Source of the DNA: Candidatus Atribacter fermentans
GTDB taxonomy: Bacteria; Atribacterota; Atribacteria; Atribacterales; Atribacteraceae
Assembly (NCBI GenBank): GCA_012517485.1
Contig: JAAYUT010000131.1
Coordinates: 1-36,633, forward strand
Length of the DNA: 36,633 nt
Reading direction: 5' to 3'
Part shown: positions 17,216-28,093 of the stretch, in pieces
How the letters are laid out: every line of letters begins with the position of its first letter
Numbering within the stretch: position 1 is the first letter of the stretch
Notes under the pieces: generated by a model
The model's input: the letters and a program-made list of their open reading frames with translations, nothing else
Told to the model about the DNA's origin: nothing
The model's database searches: none
Program-made: the position numbers and the translations under genes

Positions 17216-17818
17216 TTATTCCCATAAAGCATCTTGATTATCATCGTCTCTATATCGAATTCGACAACGCTCAGCAATAATCACCGAATGAAATTTATGA
17301 ACTGTTTCTTCAAGAACATTATTAATTATCAGATAATCATAATCCCGAATCGATTTCATTTCAATTAAAGCATTCATCATTCTCAGATAGATTACGTCTT
17401 CTCGATCAGTTTTCCGATTGCGAAGGCGTTCACCAAGAGTTTCTAACGACGGAGGAGCAATGAAAACAAAAATTCCATGAGGATAATTTCTTTTTACTTG
17501 GAGAGCTCCCTGAACATCAATTTCTAATATAACATCAAACCCACTTTGTAACCACTCCTCCACCTTTAAACGGGGTGTCCCATAAAAGTTGCCATGGACT
17601 TTAGCCCATTCGATAAACAAATTATCCTCTTTCATGCGCTGAAAGGTTTCATCATCAACAAAATAGTAATCAATTGCCTCACGCTCTCCTTCTCGTCGTA
17701 TCCGGGTTGTATAGGAAACAGAATATTTCAAACCTTTGCATTGTTCCATGACAGCTTTCCGAACGGTACTTTTTCCAGCGCCTGATGGTCCAGAAAGAAC
17801 AAAAAGGAGGCCGGGCAT
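17216..17818 (-). CDS. gmk: Guanylate kinase
   Basis: SGPSGAGKST, SYTTR..R.GE...DYYF, YGT, EIDVQGA. Confidence 0.97.
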   Translation of the reverse strand: MPGLLFVLSGPSGAGKSTVRKAVMEQCKGLKYSVSYTTRIRREGEREAIDYYFVDDETFQRMKEDNLFIEWAKVHGNFYGTPRLKVEEWLQSGFDVILEIDVQGALQVKRNYPHGIFVFIAPPSLETLGERLRNRKTDREDVIYLRMMNALIEMKSIRDYDYLIINNVLEETVHKFHSVIIAERCRIRYRDDDNQDALWE

Positions 17819-17827
17819 AGTTAACTT

Positions 17828-18700
17828 TTACTCCACATTCTGAATTTGCTCTCTCATTTTTTCCAAAACTGTTTTTAAATCAATAATCAAAGAAGAAATT
17901 TCAACATCTGAATTTTTCGAGCCAATTGTATTGACTTCACGATTCATTTCCTGGAGTACAAATTCTAATTCTCTTCCGATCGAATCTTGACGTGAAAGAA
18001 TATCATCAAAGCGGCAAATATGAGCCTTCAAACGGATAATTTCTTCATGAATATCACTTCGATCAACATACATAACAATTTCCTGCGCTAATAAATTTTC
18101 GTTGATCGGAACGGTTGGAATGATTTCTTTTAATCTCTGGTTCAGTTTTTCTCGGTAATAGACCGGGATGTTCTTCGATTTTTCTTCCACCAGAGCGATC
18201 AATTCTCTTAATTTTTCCATTTGTTGCAAAAGGTCATGTTGTAATTTTTCTCCTTCGCGTTGACGATATTGCAAGAAGGCTTCTACAGCTTCTTGTAATA
18301 TCGGGAAAAACCGTTGATATTCCTCGATCCAGCGATGATCATCTTCCTTCAGTTTGATTATTTCCGGGACTTGCATTAAATCCCGCAAGTCAGCTTCATA
18401 AGAAATGTTCAAATCGCTGCTCAGTTTATGAAGAGCCTTAATATAGGCTTTTGCCAAAAGTGAATTGGCTTCAACCGAAAAAGCCTCTTCACTAGGCTCA
18501 AAATTGAGCTTTAGCTCTACCTTTCCTCTTGATACCCGTTCTTTGAGATAGGAAATCAAATTTTCTTCCCATAAACATAATTCCCGAGGAAGCCGTAAAT
18601 TGATATCTGAAAAGCGATGGTTAAAGCTTTTTATGGATATTCGATAATATCCAATCGAACCTTCGCCTTCAGCATAGCCAAATCCAGTCATACTTTTCAT
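17828..18700 (-). CDS. yicC: YicC/YloC family endoribonuclease
   Basis: SMTGFG, NHRF, RGKV, DIHEEIIRL, GRELEF..QEMNRE.NTIGSK, REQIQNVE. Confidence 0.95.
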   Translation of the reverse strand: MKSMTGFGYAEGEGSIGYYRISIKSFNHRFSDINLRLPRELCLWEENLISYLKERVSRGKVELKLNFEPSEEAFSVEANSLLAKAYIKALHKLSSDLNISYEADLRDLMQVPEIIKLKEDDHRWIEEYQRFFPILQEAVEAFLQYRQREGEKLQHDLLQQMEKLRELIALVEEKSKNIPVYYREKLNQRLKEIIPTVPINENLLAQEIVMYVDRSDIHEEIIRLKAHICRFDDILSRQDSIGRELEFVLQEMNREVNTIGSKNSDVEISSLIIDLKTVLEKMREQIQNVE

Positions 18701-18898
18701 GTTTTCACCTTTTTAAAAAACTTTTTTAATTATATCCTTTCCTTCCCCGTTATTATCGCTTTAGGGGAATATAAATCTGTTGTAGGACAACATGATTTTA
18801 TTTTTTTCTGATCATACAGTTTTCATTGTATTTCCTGATCACTCAATGGAGTATTTCGAACTTTGTCAAAAAAAAATATCCTTCAATAAAAGCCGAGC

Positions 18899-18927
18899 TT
18901 GCAATCGAACAACTGGAATAATATTAT
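18899..18927 (+). promoter_or_regulatory. Putative rqcH promoter TTGCAA-N17-TATTAT
   Basis: Near-consensus boxes about 40 nt upstream of the ATG at 18970. Confidence 0.6.
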
Positions 18928-18969
18928 TTAATATTATTGAAGGTGTCAACAAAATAAGGATTTCAATCG

Positions 18970-20688
18970 ATGAGAATACTGGAAGGAATACCATTACATT
19001 TTCAAATCAAAGCTGTTTCCCCCCTTATACGAGGAGCCCGGGTACAAAAAATTACTCTTTCCGAAAATCGAGAAACCTGCATCGAGATTCGCTCTCGAAA
19101 CCAATCAGGTTTTATAGTGATATCCAGCCACCCTGAAATTTGTTTTTTTTACTACTCTCACCTTAAACCCCAGATGAAAAAGGTGAAAGAATCAGCTTGG
19201 ACGCAAATTCTTAATAAATATTTAGTTGGAGCTAAAATAATCGGGTTCGAACAAATGGGTTGGGATCGAGTCATCCGCTTTACTTTTCAGAACCAAAAAA
19301 TCTGGGAAGAAAAAAACCACTTTTATCTTTATTGTGAATTAACCGGAAGAAACGCCAATTGTATTCTGACCACTACCGATGACCCTTCTTGTATTCTCGG
19401 TTGTCAAAAAACGGTCACTGCTCAACAAAACCGCTTTCGCACCATTATCGTTGGAGAACCCTATCAACTTCCCCCGCAAAAAATAAATGCCGTCGATCCA
19501 CTTCTCTTGGCCCAACAAAAGGTTGAACTCCCCACCTTAAAACTCCATGACGATTTACCAAAATGGCTTTTAAAGAATATTGACGGCGTTGGTCCCTTCC
19601 TGGCATCAAAAATAGCCGATTGTTTAATCAAACGCGGGGTCACTCCCAACAACCTTCAACCCTGTTTAAGTGCCTGTCTTCAAGATATTTTTCTACCACT
19701 TTTCGACCAAAAAACGGTTTTTTCAGTCTCTCTCTCTCCTCAGGATCATATGCCTCAGGGAATATTTTGGTCCTCAACCACAGCTTTCACTCACGATCTC
19801 TGTCTCAATTTTCCCAACCTCAACGAAGCTGTGAAATATTTCGTTCAAACCTCCTGGAGTCAACAAACCTTTCTCAATCAAAAAAATAAAAAAAAGAATT
19901 TTATCGAAAAAGAACTTTTATTTATCGAAGATGAATTATGCCAAGTGGAACAATCTATGGTAAATGAGAAACAACTGAATGAGTTACTCACCTGCGGCAA
20001 TCTTTTAAAACTCTACCCTCAATTACAAATTCTTGAAAAGAAACCTCAAGGAATCGTCGTCAAAAACATTTTCACCGACCTTTCAGAAAATATTTTTATA
20101 GAAATTGATCCTCTTCTTTCTATCAATCAAAACATGCAGCTCTACTTTCGAAAATATCGGAAATCGAAAACCCGCAACCACATTCTCCAAAAGAAAAAGG
20201 AAGAGCTGGAATTTCGAAAAACAATCCTCGAACAAGAACGTGACAACCTTGACCAACTTGTATTCCAACAAGAAAAAGACGAAAAGAGCCCAACTCATTC
20301 AGGCTTTTTTGAGCCGGGTATTCTCAAATTTCTTACTCCATCAAACAATATCATTTTGGTTGGAAAAAATGAAAAAGCCAATCATTTATTGGTAACTCGT
20401 TTTTCATCCCGAGATGATTTTTGGTTTCATGTCCGGGATTATCCGGGTTCTCATGTTTTACTCAGGATATCCAATCAATCTGTTACCCTTTCCGAGGACC
20501 TTTTCTTAGCTGCACAAGTTGCTGGTTACTACTCTTCCCTTCGGAATGAAACTTCGGTTTCCGTTGTGTATACCTCCATTAAAAATGTCAAAACCCTTCC
20601 CCATGCTGGCTTAGGAAAAATGACTTTCCGGAACGAAACAAATTTAACCGTGACTCCCGTCCTTCCCAAACAAATTCGCCGGATATGA
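18970..20688 (+). CDS. rqcH: Ribosome quality-control factor RqcH (Rqc2/FbpA/NFACT family)
   Basis: DR motif (WDRVI), ELTGRNAN, Y.LPP, HhH-like GVGP, coiled coil, VGKNEKAN, WFHVRDYPGSHV. Confidence 0.9.
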   Translation: MRILEGIPLHFQIKAVSPLIRGARVQKITLSENRETCIEIRSRNQSGFIVISSHPEICFFYYSHLKPQMKKVKESAWTQILNKYLVGAKIIGFEQMGWDRVIRFTFQNQKIWEEKNHFYLYCELTGRNANCILTTTDDPSCILGCQKTVTAQQNRFRTIIVGEPYQLPPQKINAVDPLLLAQQKVELPTLKLHDDLPKWLLKNIDGVGPFLASKIADCLIKRGVTPNNLQPCLSACLQDIFLPLFDQKTVFSVSLSPQDHMPQGIFWSSTTAFTHDLCLNFPNLNEAVKYFVQTSWSQQTFLNQKNKKKNFIEKELLFIEDELCQVEQSMVNEKQLNELLTCGNLLKLYPQLQILEKKPQGIVVKNIFTDLSENIFIEIDPLLSINQNMQLYFRKYRKSKTRNHILQKKKEELEFRKTILEQERDNLDQLVFQQEKDEKSPTHSGFFEPGILKFLTPSNNIILVGKNEKANHLLVTRFSSRDDFWFHVRDYPGSHVLLRISNQSVTLSEDLFLAAQVAGYYSSLRNETSVSVVYTSIKNVKTLPHAGLGKMTFRNETNLTVTPVLPKQIRRI

Positions 20689-21588
20689 AACTCGCTTTAA
20701 GGCTTCTTGAAAATCGCTGGGTAAAGCTGCGGCAAAAATCATTTTTTTCCTGGTGATTGGATGGGGAAAAGAGATAATAAAGGCATGAAGAGCTTGACGT
20801 TGTATGATCGATTCGGAATGCTGACTACCGTAAGATTTATCCCCTACAATTGGATAACCCTGAGAGCTTAAATGGACCCGAATCTGATGAGTCCGCCCGG
20901 TTCTCGGTTTGACGAACAAGAGAGAATAGTTATCTCCAATCCACAGTGGTTCTATCTCAGTTCGGGCTGGTTTACCACTGCTGGACGAAATTTTCATACG
21001 GCAAGGTTCCCGGGGATTTCTCGTAATGGCAAAATCGATTTCCTTTATCCCTTGCCACTGCCCTTCAATTAAAGCCAAATAATATTTCTCAATCGTTCGA
21101 TTTTTAAACTGTTGAATCAGCTCGAGATAGGCACGATCGGTTTTCGCAATCACCAGAACGCCTGAGGTATCCCGATCTAAGCGATGAACAATTCCAGGAC
21201 GTAGTGGAAAGCCATAACGAGAAAGTTGAATTCCATGAAAAAGCAAGCTATTGATCAGGGTATTTTTTTGGAAGGGACGAACCGGATGAACGATCATCCC
21301 AGCTCTTTTATTCACCACCAGAATATGATCATCATGATAAATGATATCCAAAGGGAGATTTTGAGGCTCTAAGGTCTGGATGGCATCAGTTGGCCAATTG
21401 ATTTCAAGAATATCACCGGGTCGGATTTCAGTACTCGGTTTTAATACTTTTACCTGGTTCTTTTGGATAAAACCTTGCTTGATCAGCCTTATAAAAGCTG
21501 AACGGGAAAAATCTGGAAAATTCCTATGAAGCCAGATATCAATCCGGCAGAATTCATGATCATACACCTTGATTTTTTGTTTCTTCAA
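20644..21588 (-). CDS. rluD: RluA/RluD family pseudouridine synthase with S4 domain
   Basis: RIDIWL..SRS S4 domain, VNK..G, HRLDRDTSG, TGRTHQIRVH, GD..YG, QALHA; follows lspA. Confidence 0.9.
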   Translation of the reverse strand: MKKQKIKVYDHEFCRIDIWLHRNFPDFSRSAFIRLIKQGFIQKNQVKVLKPSTEIRPGDILEINWPTDAIQTLEPQNLPLDIIYHDDHILVVNKRAGMIVHPVRPFQKNTLINSLLFHGIQLSRYGFPLRPGIVHRLDRDTSGVLVIAKTDRAYLELIQQFKNRTIEKYYLALIEGQWQGIKEIDFAITRNPREPCRMKISSSSGKPARTEIEPLWIGDNYSLLFVKPRTGRTHQIRVHLSSQGYPIVGDKSYGSQHSESIIQRQALHAFIISFPHPITRKKMIFAAALPSDFQEALKRVSYPANLFGKDGSHG

Positions 21589-22066
21589 AGGCTGAACCCT
21601 GAACCCATATTTGAATAAAAATCAATACTAAACCGGCGATGATCGCTATATCGGCAACATTAAAAGTTGCCCATATTGAAGGTTCAAAAAAGTCGATCAC
21701 AAACCCCAACCGCAAACGATCAATGAGGTTTCCCCAGGCTCCCGACATAAATAAACCAGCTCCCAAAAAGAACCACCATTTCCAATTCCCAAGAAAGCGA
21801 AGTACAAAATAGAGAAAAACGACAGTTATGACTATCGTCATCATGAAATGAGTGAACGGATTTAAAAGGCGAATTCCAAAAGCGCTTCCCACATTTTTTC
21901 GAAGTGTAAGGTCAAAAAAACCGGGAATGATTTGGATGGTTTGGTTCGCCAAATGAGTCATCGCCCACCATTTGGTTACTTGATCCAACAACAAAAAAAC
22001 GAAAAAACTGATGAGAAAAAGAATGAAATATTTCGCCTGGCAGCTTTCTCTCTTCAACTTTATCAC
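21560..22066 (-). CDS. lspA: Lipoprotein signal peptidase II
   Basis: DQVTK, N.GSAFG, GNLIDR, VIDF, FNVAD. Confidence 0.95.
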   Translation of the reverse strand: MIKLKRESCQAKYFILFLISFFVFLLLDQVTKWWAMTHLANQTIQIIPGFFDLTLRKNVGSAFGIRLLNPFTHFMMTIVITVVFLYFVLRFLGNWKWWFFLGAGLFMSGAWGNLIDRLRLGFVIDFFEPSIWATFNVADIAIIAGLVLIFIQIWVQGSAFEETKNQGV

Positions 22067-22617
22067 TTTTGGTCTTCTTCCAAATCCTGAAAAGAAAATA
22101 AAGTAATATCTTCAGGAGGATGAATTTCAGTCAGGTTCATTTTGTCCGATGCCGGAGTGTTGATTTCTGGTGGTTGTTCTTTCCAATCAATACTATCCAT
22201 AAAGGTCTGAAGAAGGGATTTAAAACGAATTTGAAAGACCCGATATTTTTCTTTAAGCTCTGCATAATTGTTCTCGATTTCTTTCTTTTTTTTCAATGCT
22301 TCATCGACGATGCGATTTCCCCGTATCTGAGCTTCCTTTAAATGCATTTGCGATTCTCGACGAGTGAGTTCTTTTTCAATTTCTAATTGTTTTTTCCATT
22401 CTTCCAAATTTCCCTCTAAGCGCTTCACGTATTGGTTTAATTCGTTCACTTTCCGCTTATATTCTTCATTTTCTTGCTGGAGCTTTTCCTGCTCTTTTTG
22501 CATTGCTTCAACTGCTGAAGCAATTTCCTCAATAAATTCATCTACTTCATCTTCATTGTATCCGCGGAAAGAGCGACTGAATTCAACCTCTAAAATGTTT
22601 TCAGGTTTTAAGTCCAT
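22063..22617 (-). CDS. divIVA: DivIVA family cell division protein
   Basis: L.PENI...FSRSFRGY..DEVDEF, long coiled coil, acidic tail. Confidence 0.92.
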   Translation of the reverse strand: MDLKPENILEVEFSRSFRGYNEDEVDEFIEEIASAVEAMQKEQEKLQQENEEYKRKVNELNQYVKRLEGNLEEWKKQLEIEKELTRRESQMHLKEAQIRGNRIVDEALKKKKEIENNYAELKEKYRVFQIRFKSLLQTFMDSIDWKEQPPEINTPASDKMNLTEIHPPEDITLFSFQDLEEDQK

Positions 22618-22622
22618 TCATG

Positions 22623-23429
22623 TCACTCCTCGGTCTTGTTATTTTTTGTTTGCTTCCTGGCAGTCTCAATTCCATCCATAACAATACCTCTAAAACCTGC
22701 CAATTCAAATCGTTTTATTCCGGCAATAGTCGTTCCTCCGGGAGAACAAACCATATTTTTCAATAAACCAGGATGACAATTTTTTTTCTTTAACCAGCTG
22801 GCCGTTCCTAACATGGTTTGAATAACCAATTTTAAACTTTTTTCCCACGGCAAACCAATACTGACTCCAGCATCCATCATTGCTTCCAAAAAAACGGCTA
22901 TGAATCCTGGCCCACTCCCACTTAAGGCGGTAATCTGATCGAAGTCTTTCTCTTCAGCTTCAAAAACCCAACCCAGTGAAGAAAAAAGAAATAAAAGGTC
23001 CTCTCGATCCCCTTCGCAAACCTGGGAATTAAAATGAAGAGCGACAACTCCTTCTCCAACTTCAACTGCCAAATTTGGCATCATCCTGACGATAGGTTGG
23101 CTTTGACCCAGATATTCGTGCAATTGCGCTTGATTGACACCAGCTGCCAGAGAAATAATGATTGAGTTTTTAAAATGAAAAATACGTTGACAAACCGATT
23201 TCACTTGATTGGGCTTCACTACTAAAAAAATGAGGTACGGCTCCGATTGAACCTCCTTCAAATCAGCAATAGAAGATAAACCCAATTCATGAGCTAACGA
23301 TTCAGCTTTTAACAATACCATATCATACAGGCAAATATCGTATTTCGTTTGCCATTTGTCAAGACAAAGTCCTCGTACCAGAGCACTCCCCATGTTCCCA
23401 CAGCCTATCACCAAAATGGATTGTTTCAT
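22623..23429 (-). CDS. proC: Pyrroline-5-carboxylate reductase
   Basis: IGCGNMG, VKP, RMMPN, TALSGSGP, SPGGTT. Confidence 0.95.
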   Translation of the reverse strand: MKQSILVIGCGNMGSALVRGLCLDKWQTKYDICLYDMVLLKAESLAHELGLSSIADLKEVQSEPYLIFLVVKPNQVKSVCQRIFHFKNSIIISLAAGVNQAQLHEYLGQSQPIVRMMPNLAVEVGEGVVALHFNSQVCEGDREDLLFLFSSLGWVFEAEEKDFDQITALSGSGPGFIAVFLEAMMDAGVSIGLPWEKSLKLVIQTMLGTASWLKKKNCHPGLLKNMVCSPGGTTIAGIKRFELAGFRGIVMDGIETARKQTKNNKTEE

Positions 23430-24134
23430 CTAATAACTCCTTTCTCCAAAAAGACAACGTCCCAATCGAAGATAGGTTGCTCCTTCTTCAACCGCAATTG
23501 TATAATCATCACTCATACCCATCGATAAAGCTAAAATTGGAGAAACCCAACTATACTTTTGCTCTTCTATTTTTTCTTTGATTTGATAGAGTTCATGAAA
23601 AATTCGCCGAATTGTCTCCTCACTCCCTTGGGGACCAATGGTCATCAACCCGATCACCCGAACCCGCGGAAAACAATACAACGATTCCAAAAAGGGAAGG
23701 ACCTCCTGTTTATCGAGCCCGGCTTGGGTCGCTTTCCCGGTTAAATTCACCTGCAGAAAAACCGGCAACATTTTCTCCTTTTGCATTTCCAATCGTTTTT
23801 CAATCGTTTGGAACTGGTTGATCCTGTCTAATGAATGAACATATTGGAAATATTCTACCACTTTTGGAATTTTGTTCCTCTGGATCTGCCCAATAAAATG
23901 CCATTCAATCGGTTCAGCCTCCAAAGCAATCCTTTTTGATTCGGCTTCTTGGACTCGGTTTTCACCAAAACGATTCAACCCACAGGATAAAGCTTCTTGC
24001 ATTAATTCAACCTGAATTCCCTTGGTTACGGCAATAATTTTGATTTCATCACTTTTTCTTCCAGATTTTTGGCAGGAACGTACAATATTTTCCTGAATAG
24101 TTTCTAACCGTTTTTGAATCAATCTATTCATCAT
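23430..24134 (-). CDS. yggS: PLP homeostasis protein YggS/YlmE
   Basis: AVTK, FGENRVQE, WHFIG..Q.NK, GLMT, LSMGMS.D, G.T..RLG..LFG.R. Confidence 0.96.
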   Translation of the reverse strand: MMNRLIQKRLETIQENIVRSCQKSGRKSDEIKIIAVTKGIQVELMQEALSCGLNRFGENRVQEAESKRIALEAEPIEWHFIGQIQRNKIPKVVEYFQYVHSLDRINQFQTIEKRLEMQKEKMLPVFLQVNLTGKATQAGLDKQEVLPFLESLYCFPRVRVIGLMTIGPQGSEETIRRIFHELYQIKEKIEEQKYSWVSPILALSMGMSDDYTIAVEEGATYLRLGRCLFGERSY

Positions 24135-24161
24135 TTTCGATCCAGTTCCCTTTCAGTTCCA

Positions 24162-25742
24162 TCACGAAGCTCTCTCTGTATTCTGAATGATCGACCAGGG
24201 ATATACGTCGCTCTCCCAGGGTTGTCTTGGCCACTCATCAAAATCCCGTCCCAGCTTTTTTAAAACCTCTTTCCATTGACGAAAAACCAAACCTTCCTTT
24301 GATTCCACCATTTTCGGTATCTCCCGAGCTAATAAACGATCAGCTCGGGCTAAGAGGAGCTCGATCCAAGCAACCCGTAGACTTTCACCCGAAAAACGAA
24401 TGTTCATTTTCTTTAAGCCGTTCTCAAAAAGTTCTTTCTCTTTTCTCCAATCCAAGTAAGAAAGTGACTTCATCTTTTCCAAATAAGTATGAGGTTTAGG
24501 AACTAAAAAACTGTACGAAATTGCGAACCGATGGTTTGAATCAATTTTACTCCATAATTTCCTGATAAATTCCAAATCTTTATCAGCATCATGAAAAGTC
24601 TTCCCGATCATAAAATAGAGCTTTACTTTGGGTATGCCTGATTGGAAAACATTTTGAATGAGTTCAATCCATTCCTGGTCAGCTAAGTTCTTCCCAAAGT
24701 ATTGACGAGTTTTGGCGTCCCCACTCTCCGGCGCCAAGGTTAATGTTTTTACCCCACATTTTACCAAATAGGGAAGATATTCCAAATGATGAGCAAGAGT
24801 GACCGCTGAGAGGGACGAAAAGTTTACTGTGAGCTCATTGTTTATTATATATTTCATGATATCCTTCCATTGAGGATGGGAAAGAACATCTGACCCAATA
24901 ATCCCCAAATGAGAAGTATATTCTTTCAGGCTATCAATCATCTTCACCACCATTTCAATCGGTCGTTGACGGAGTGGGTGATAGATAACTCCACCAGCAC
25001 AAAAGCGGCAGCGGTAACTGCATCCACGGTTGATCTCCATTAAGCCTAATTCTTTAAAACAGGTTTGAGCGGTATAAATATGTGAAAAGACTTCAAATCG
25101 GCGAACATCAACCCATTGTCGTTGAATGTTATTCGGAACACTGTCGGTCTTTTCAAAACCTTCAAAAATCGAACCCTTCACCAGGGGGAGATAAAACTGG
25201 GGAACATAGACACCGGGAAAACGGCTCAAATAAAGAAGAGTTTCTCGACGATTTAAACTGAGGCTTTGGGCCTCTTCCCAAGCATGAAGCAAATTGGGAA
25301 GATTTTCTTCACTTTCTCCTACAAAAATGATATCGGCAAACGGGGCAATTATCTCTGGATTCAAAGAAGGAAGTGGCCCACCCACTAAAATCACTGGTTG
25401 ATTTTCAAGGCGCTCACTGGCATAAACTTTGAGCCCCGAATCCTGAAGGATTTGAACGAAAGAAAAAATTTCAAGTTCAAAACCGAGGGTAAACCCAACT
25501 ATATCAGCTTCAACGACCGGAATATTTTTCTCAAAAGTTCGAATCCCGGTATCGGTAAATAGTCTGTCCACTCTCCACTGAGGACAATCGAAGACCGTTT
25601 TTAAAACCGATTGATAACCAAGATTCGCCATTCCCATTTTATAAGGACCTGGAAAACATCCAACAAAAAGATATTTCCCCATCTTGTTCCCGAGGGAGAG
25701 GCCCCGTTCCATATTTTTCAAATGGGTTCTATTCAAAATCAT
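24162..25742 (-). CDS. Radical SAM protein, COG1032/TIGR03960-like with B12-binding-like N-domain; function unknown
   Basis: [10 protein letters not shown] (CxxxCxxC), Y..GMANLG, GGP...NPE, TLAPESG, KLYFMIG, VPKPHT. Confidence 0.88.
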   Translation of the reverse strand: MILNRTHLKNMERGLSLGNKMGKYLFVGCFPGPYKMGMANLGYQSVLKTVFDCPQWRVDRLFTDTGIRTFEKNIPVVEADIVGFTLGFELEIFSFVQILQDSGLKVYASERLENQPVILVGGPLPSLNPEIIAPFADIIFVGESEENLPNLLHAWEEAQSLSLNRRETLLYLSRFPGVYVPQFYLPLVKGSIFEGFEKTDSVPNNIQRQWVDVRRFEVFSHIYTAQTCFKELGLMEINRGCSYRCRFCAGGVIYHPLRQRPIEMVVKMIDSLKEYTSHLGIIGSDVLSHPQWKDIMKYIINNELTVNFSSLSAVTLAHHLEYLPYLVKCGVKTLTLAPESGDAKTRQYFGKNLADQEWIELIQNVFQSGIPKVKLYFMIGKTFHDADKDLEFIRKLWSKIDSNHRFAISYSFLVPKPHTYLEKMKSLSYLDWRKEKELFENGLKKMNIRFSGESLRVAWIELLLARADRLLAREIPKMVESKEGLVFRQWKEVLKKLGRDFDEWPRQPWESDVYPWSIIQNTERAS

Positions 25743-26809
25743 TTCATTTTTTTTCTCATGAAGGCAGGGACATCAAGGTCATCAAAGGTAAAAGAGTCGG
25801 CGACCTCCCTTTGAAACAATTCTTGGGTCTCCTCATTCTCCTTTTCTCCACCATGATCAAATCCAGTGGCAATAACGGTTATTTTTAACTCATCTTTTAT
25901 GTTTTTGTCAATAACAGCACCAAAAATAATATTGGTTTCTTCTGAGGCAGCGCTGCAGATAATCTCCGCTGCTTTATGGATTTCTAAGATTCCCATATTT
26001 GGTCCACCGGTTACATTAAAGAGGATGCCTTTAGCACCCTTAAATGAAGTTTCTAAGAGTGGACTGGAAATAGCTCCTTTTGCGGCTTCAACCGCTTTAT
26101 TTTCACCGCTGGCTTTCCCTATACCCATGAGTGAGGTCCCAGCATTCGCCATGATCGTCCTGATATCAGCAAAATCTAAATTAATAACACCTGGTACAGT
26201 AATTAAATCAGAAATGCTCTGAACTCCTTGGAGGAGAATATCATCGACCATCTGAAAGGCTTCAACAATAGACGTGGTTTTTTCGGTCACTTGTAGCAAG
26301 CGATCATTAGGAATAACAATGAGAGCATCGACAACTTTTCTGAGCTGTTCAATCCCCTCTGCGGCTTGGCGGTTGCGCTTTCGTCCTTCAAAAGAAAAAG
26401 GTTTAGTGACAACGGCAATAGTTAAAATTCCTAATTCACGAGCAATATTGGCGACTACTGGAGCTCCACCGGTACCGGTGCCACCGCCCATTCCAGCTGT
26501 AACAAAAACCATATCAGTATTTTCCAATACTTCGTATATTTTATTTCGATCCTCTTCAGCAGCTCTCCGACCAATCTCTGGGTTGGCTCCTGCCCCAAGA
26601 CCACGAGTCAATTTGGAACCAATTTGGAGCTTAACACCAGCCAGAGAACGTGATAATACCTGGACATCGGTATTGAGTGCCACGAATGATACACCCATTA
26701 ATCCTGATCTGACCATTCGGTTTACGGCATTCCCTCCACCGCCTCCAATCCCTAAAACCTTGATTACAACGTTGTTATTTTCTCCGGCATTTCCTTTCAC
26801 CTTAGACAT
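25739..26809 (-). CDS. ftsZ: Cell division protein FtsZ
   Basis: [23 protein letters not shown]-terminal DVPAFMRK. Confidence 0.99.
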   Translation of the reverse strand: MSKVKGNAGENNNVVIKVLGIGGGGGNAVNRMVRSGLMGVSFVALNTDVQVLSRSLAGVKLQIGSKLTRGLGAGANPEIGRRAAEEDRNKIYEVLENTDMVFVTAGMGGGTGTGGAPVVANIARELGILTIAVVTKPFSFEGRKRNRQAAEGIEQLRKVVDALIVIPNDRLLQVTEKTTSIVEAFQMVDDILLQGVQSISDLITVPGVINLDFADIRTIMANAGTSLMGIGKASGENKAVEAAKGAISSPLLETSFKGAKGILFNVTGGPNMGILEIHKAAEIICSAASEETNIIFGAVIDKNIKDELKITVIATGFDHGGEKENEETQELFQREVADSFTFDDLDVPAFMRKKMK

Positions 26810-26827
26810 CTCGGTAACCCCCAGTAA

Positions 26828-28093
26828 TTATCCCATCATAAAAAAATCCTTTAATTTATTAACCATTCCATGAATTTTTCCGAATGATCCATCGCTAAAA
26901 CGATGATCAGACTTTCTTTCCTGGCCTTCTGATAAAGCCAGCTGCAATAACCCACACGATGTTGAGAAAATTGGACTGGATATCACTTGCACTTGTCCTA
27001 AATAATTCTTGCTTTCCGGGAAACCAACCCGAACCGGCATATTCAAGAGCGATGAAGCAAATTCATTCAGCCCACCCAAAAGCGACGATCCGCCAGTGAG
27101 AACAACCCCTCCCCGTAGCACCGACGCCATTCCCGAAGCTCGAATTTCCCTTTTAATCATCAAAATCATTTCTTTCACTCGTGCTTCAATGATTTCACAC
27201 GCAAATTTTCTCTTTATCGTTCGAAGCGACTTCATGCTAATATCTTTGACCTCGATCATTTCATCATCAGGGACATATTTACTATAAACACTTCCGTACT
27301 GGAGCTTTATTCTCTCGGCCTCGTCACGAGATGTTCGGAGACCAATCGCTAAATCAGAAGTTATAAGCTCTCCTCCCACTGGTAAAATGTTGGAAAAATA
27401 GATTGAATCATTATAAAATATTGCAATATCGGTGGTCCCTCCGCCGATATCAGCTAAAACTGTTCCTGCTTCCTGCTCACCGGTAGTTAAGACAGCCAAT
27501 GCTGAGGCATAGGGTTGAAACACCGTTCGATACACGTCATATCCCACGCTTTGAAAGCATTCAACTAAATTGTGGAGATGATTCTCCTCAGCTGTGACGA
27601 CGTGGGCGTTCACTTTTAAACGAGTTCCGACGAGTTTGCGAGGTTGAGCAATCCCTCGTTGATTATCTAATGAAAACTCTTGAGGGATGACGTGAATGAC
27701 GGCTTGACCATCAGTGGCTATTTGAGCTCGAGTTCCTTCAATGACTTTTTCGATGTCTTTTTCATAGACCTCTCGGCTAACCTTACCGAGAAGTATTTCA
27801 TTTTCGGCATTCTTTGAGGTAACATAATCTCCTGCAATCCCAGTATATAAAAAATTTGGTTCCTCTTTCGCTACACTCAAAGAGTTGAGGAGAGACTCCT
27901 TTATCGAATGGGAAGCCTTTTCGACATCAACAACTTTTCCTTTTTTTATCCCAGACGAGGCACTCAACCCAATACCTAATATTTCGATTCCATTGGATCG
28001 AATTTTTCCGATTAACGTACAAACTTTACTGGTTCCAACATCAACCGCTGCAATAGTAGGATTTGATGTTTCAATATACTTAAATAATTTCAA
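26828..28093 (-). CDS. ftsA: Cell division protein FtsA
   Basis: DVGTSKV, DIGGGTTD, AE.IK..YG, VLTGG, PVRVG; C-terminal amphipathic MVNKLKDFF. Confidence 0.96.
   Translation of the reverse strand: MKLFKYIETSNPTIAAVDVGTSKVCTLIGKIRSNGIEILGIGLSASSGIKKGKVVDVEKASHSIKESLLNSLSVAKEEPNFLYTGIAGDYVTSKNAENEILLGKVSREVYEKDIEKVIEGTRAQIATDGQAVIHVIPQEFSLDNQRGIAQPRKLVGTRLKVNAHVVTAEENHLHNLVECFQSVGYDVYRTVFQPYASALAVLTTGEQEAGTVLADIGGGTTDIAIFYNDSIYFSNILPVGGELITSDLAIGLRTSRDEAERIKLQYGSVYSKYVPDDEMIEVKDISMKSLRTIKRKFACEIIEARVKEMILMIKREIRASGMASVLRGGVVLTGGSSLLGGLNEFASSLLNMPVRVGFPESKNYLGQVQVISSPIFSTSCGLLQLALSEGQERKSDHRFSDGSFGKIHGMVNKLKDFFMMG

Noticed and set aside
18792-19136. 114-aa plus-strand ORF overlapping the rqcH start
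   Set aside because: No homology cues; it overlaps the rqcH promoter and CDS in another frame
26274-26873. 199-aa plus-strand ORF (also 25866-26222, 27009-27287, 9243-9539, 22364-22681, 13539-13844)
   Set aside because: Antisense shadows of well-supported genes with no recognisable motifs
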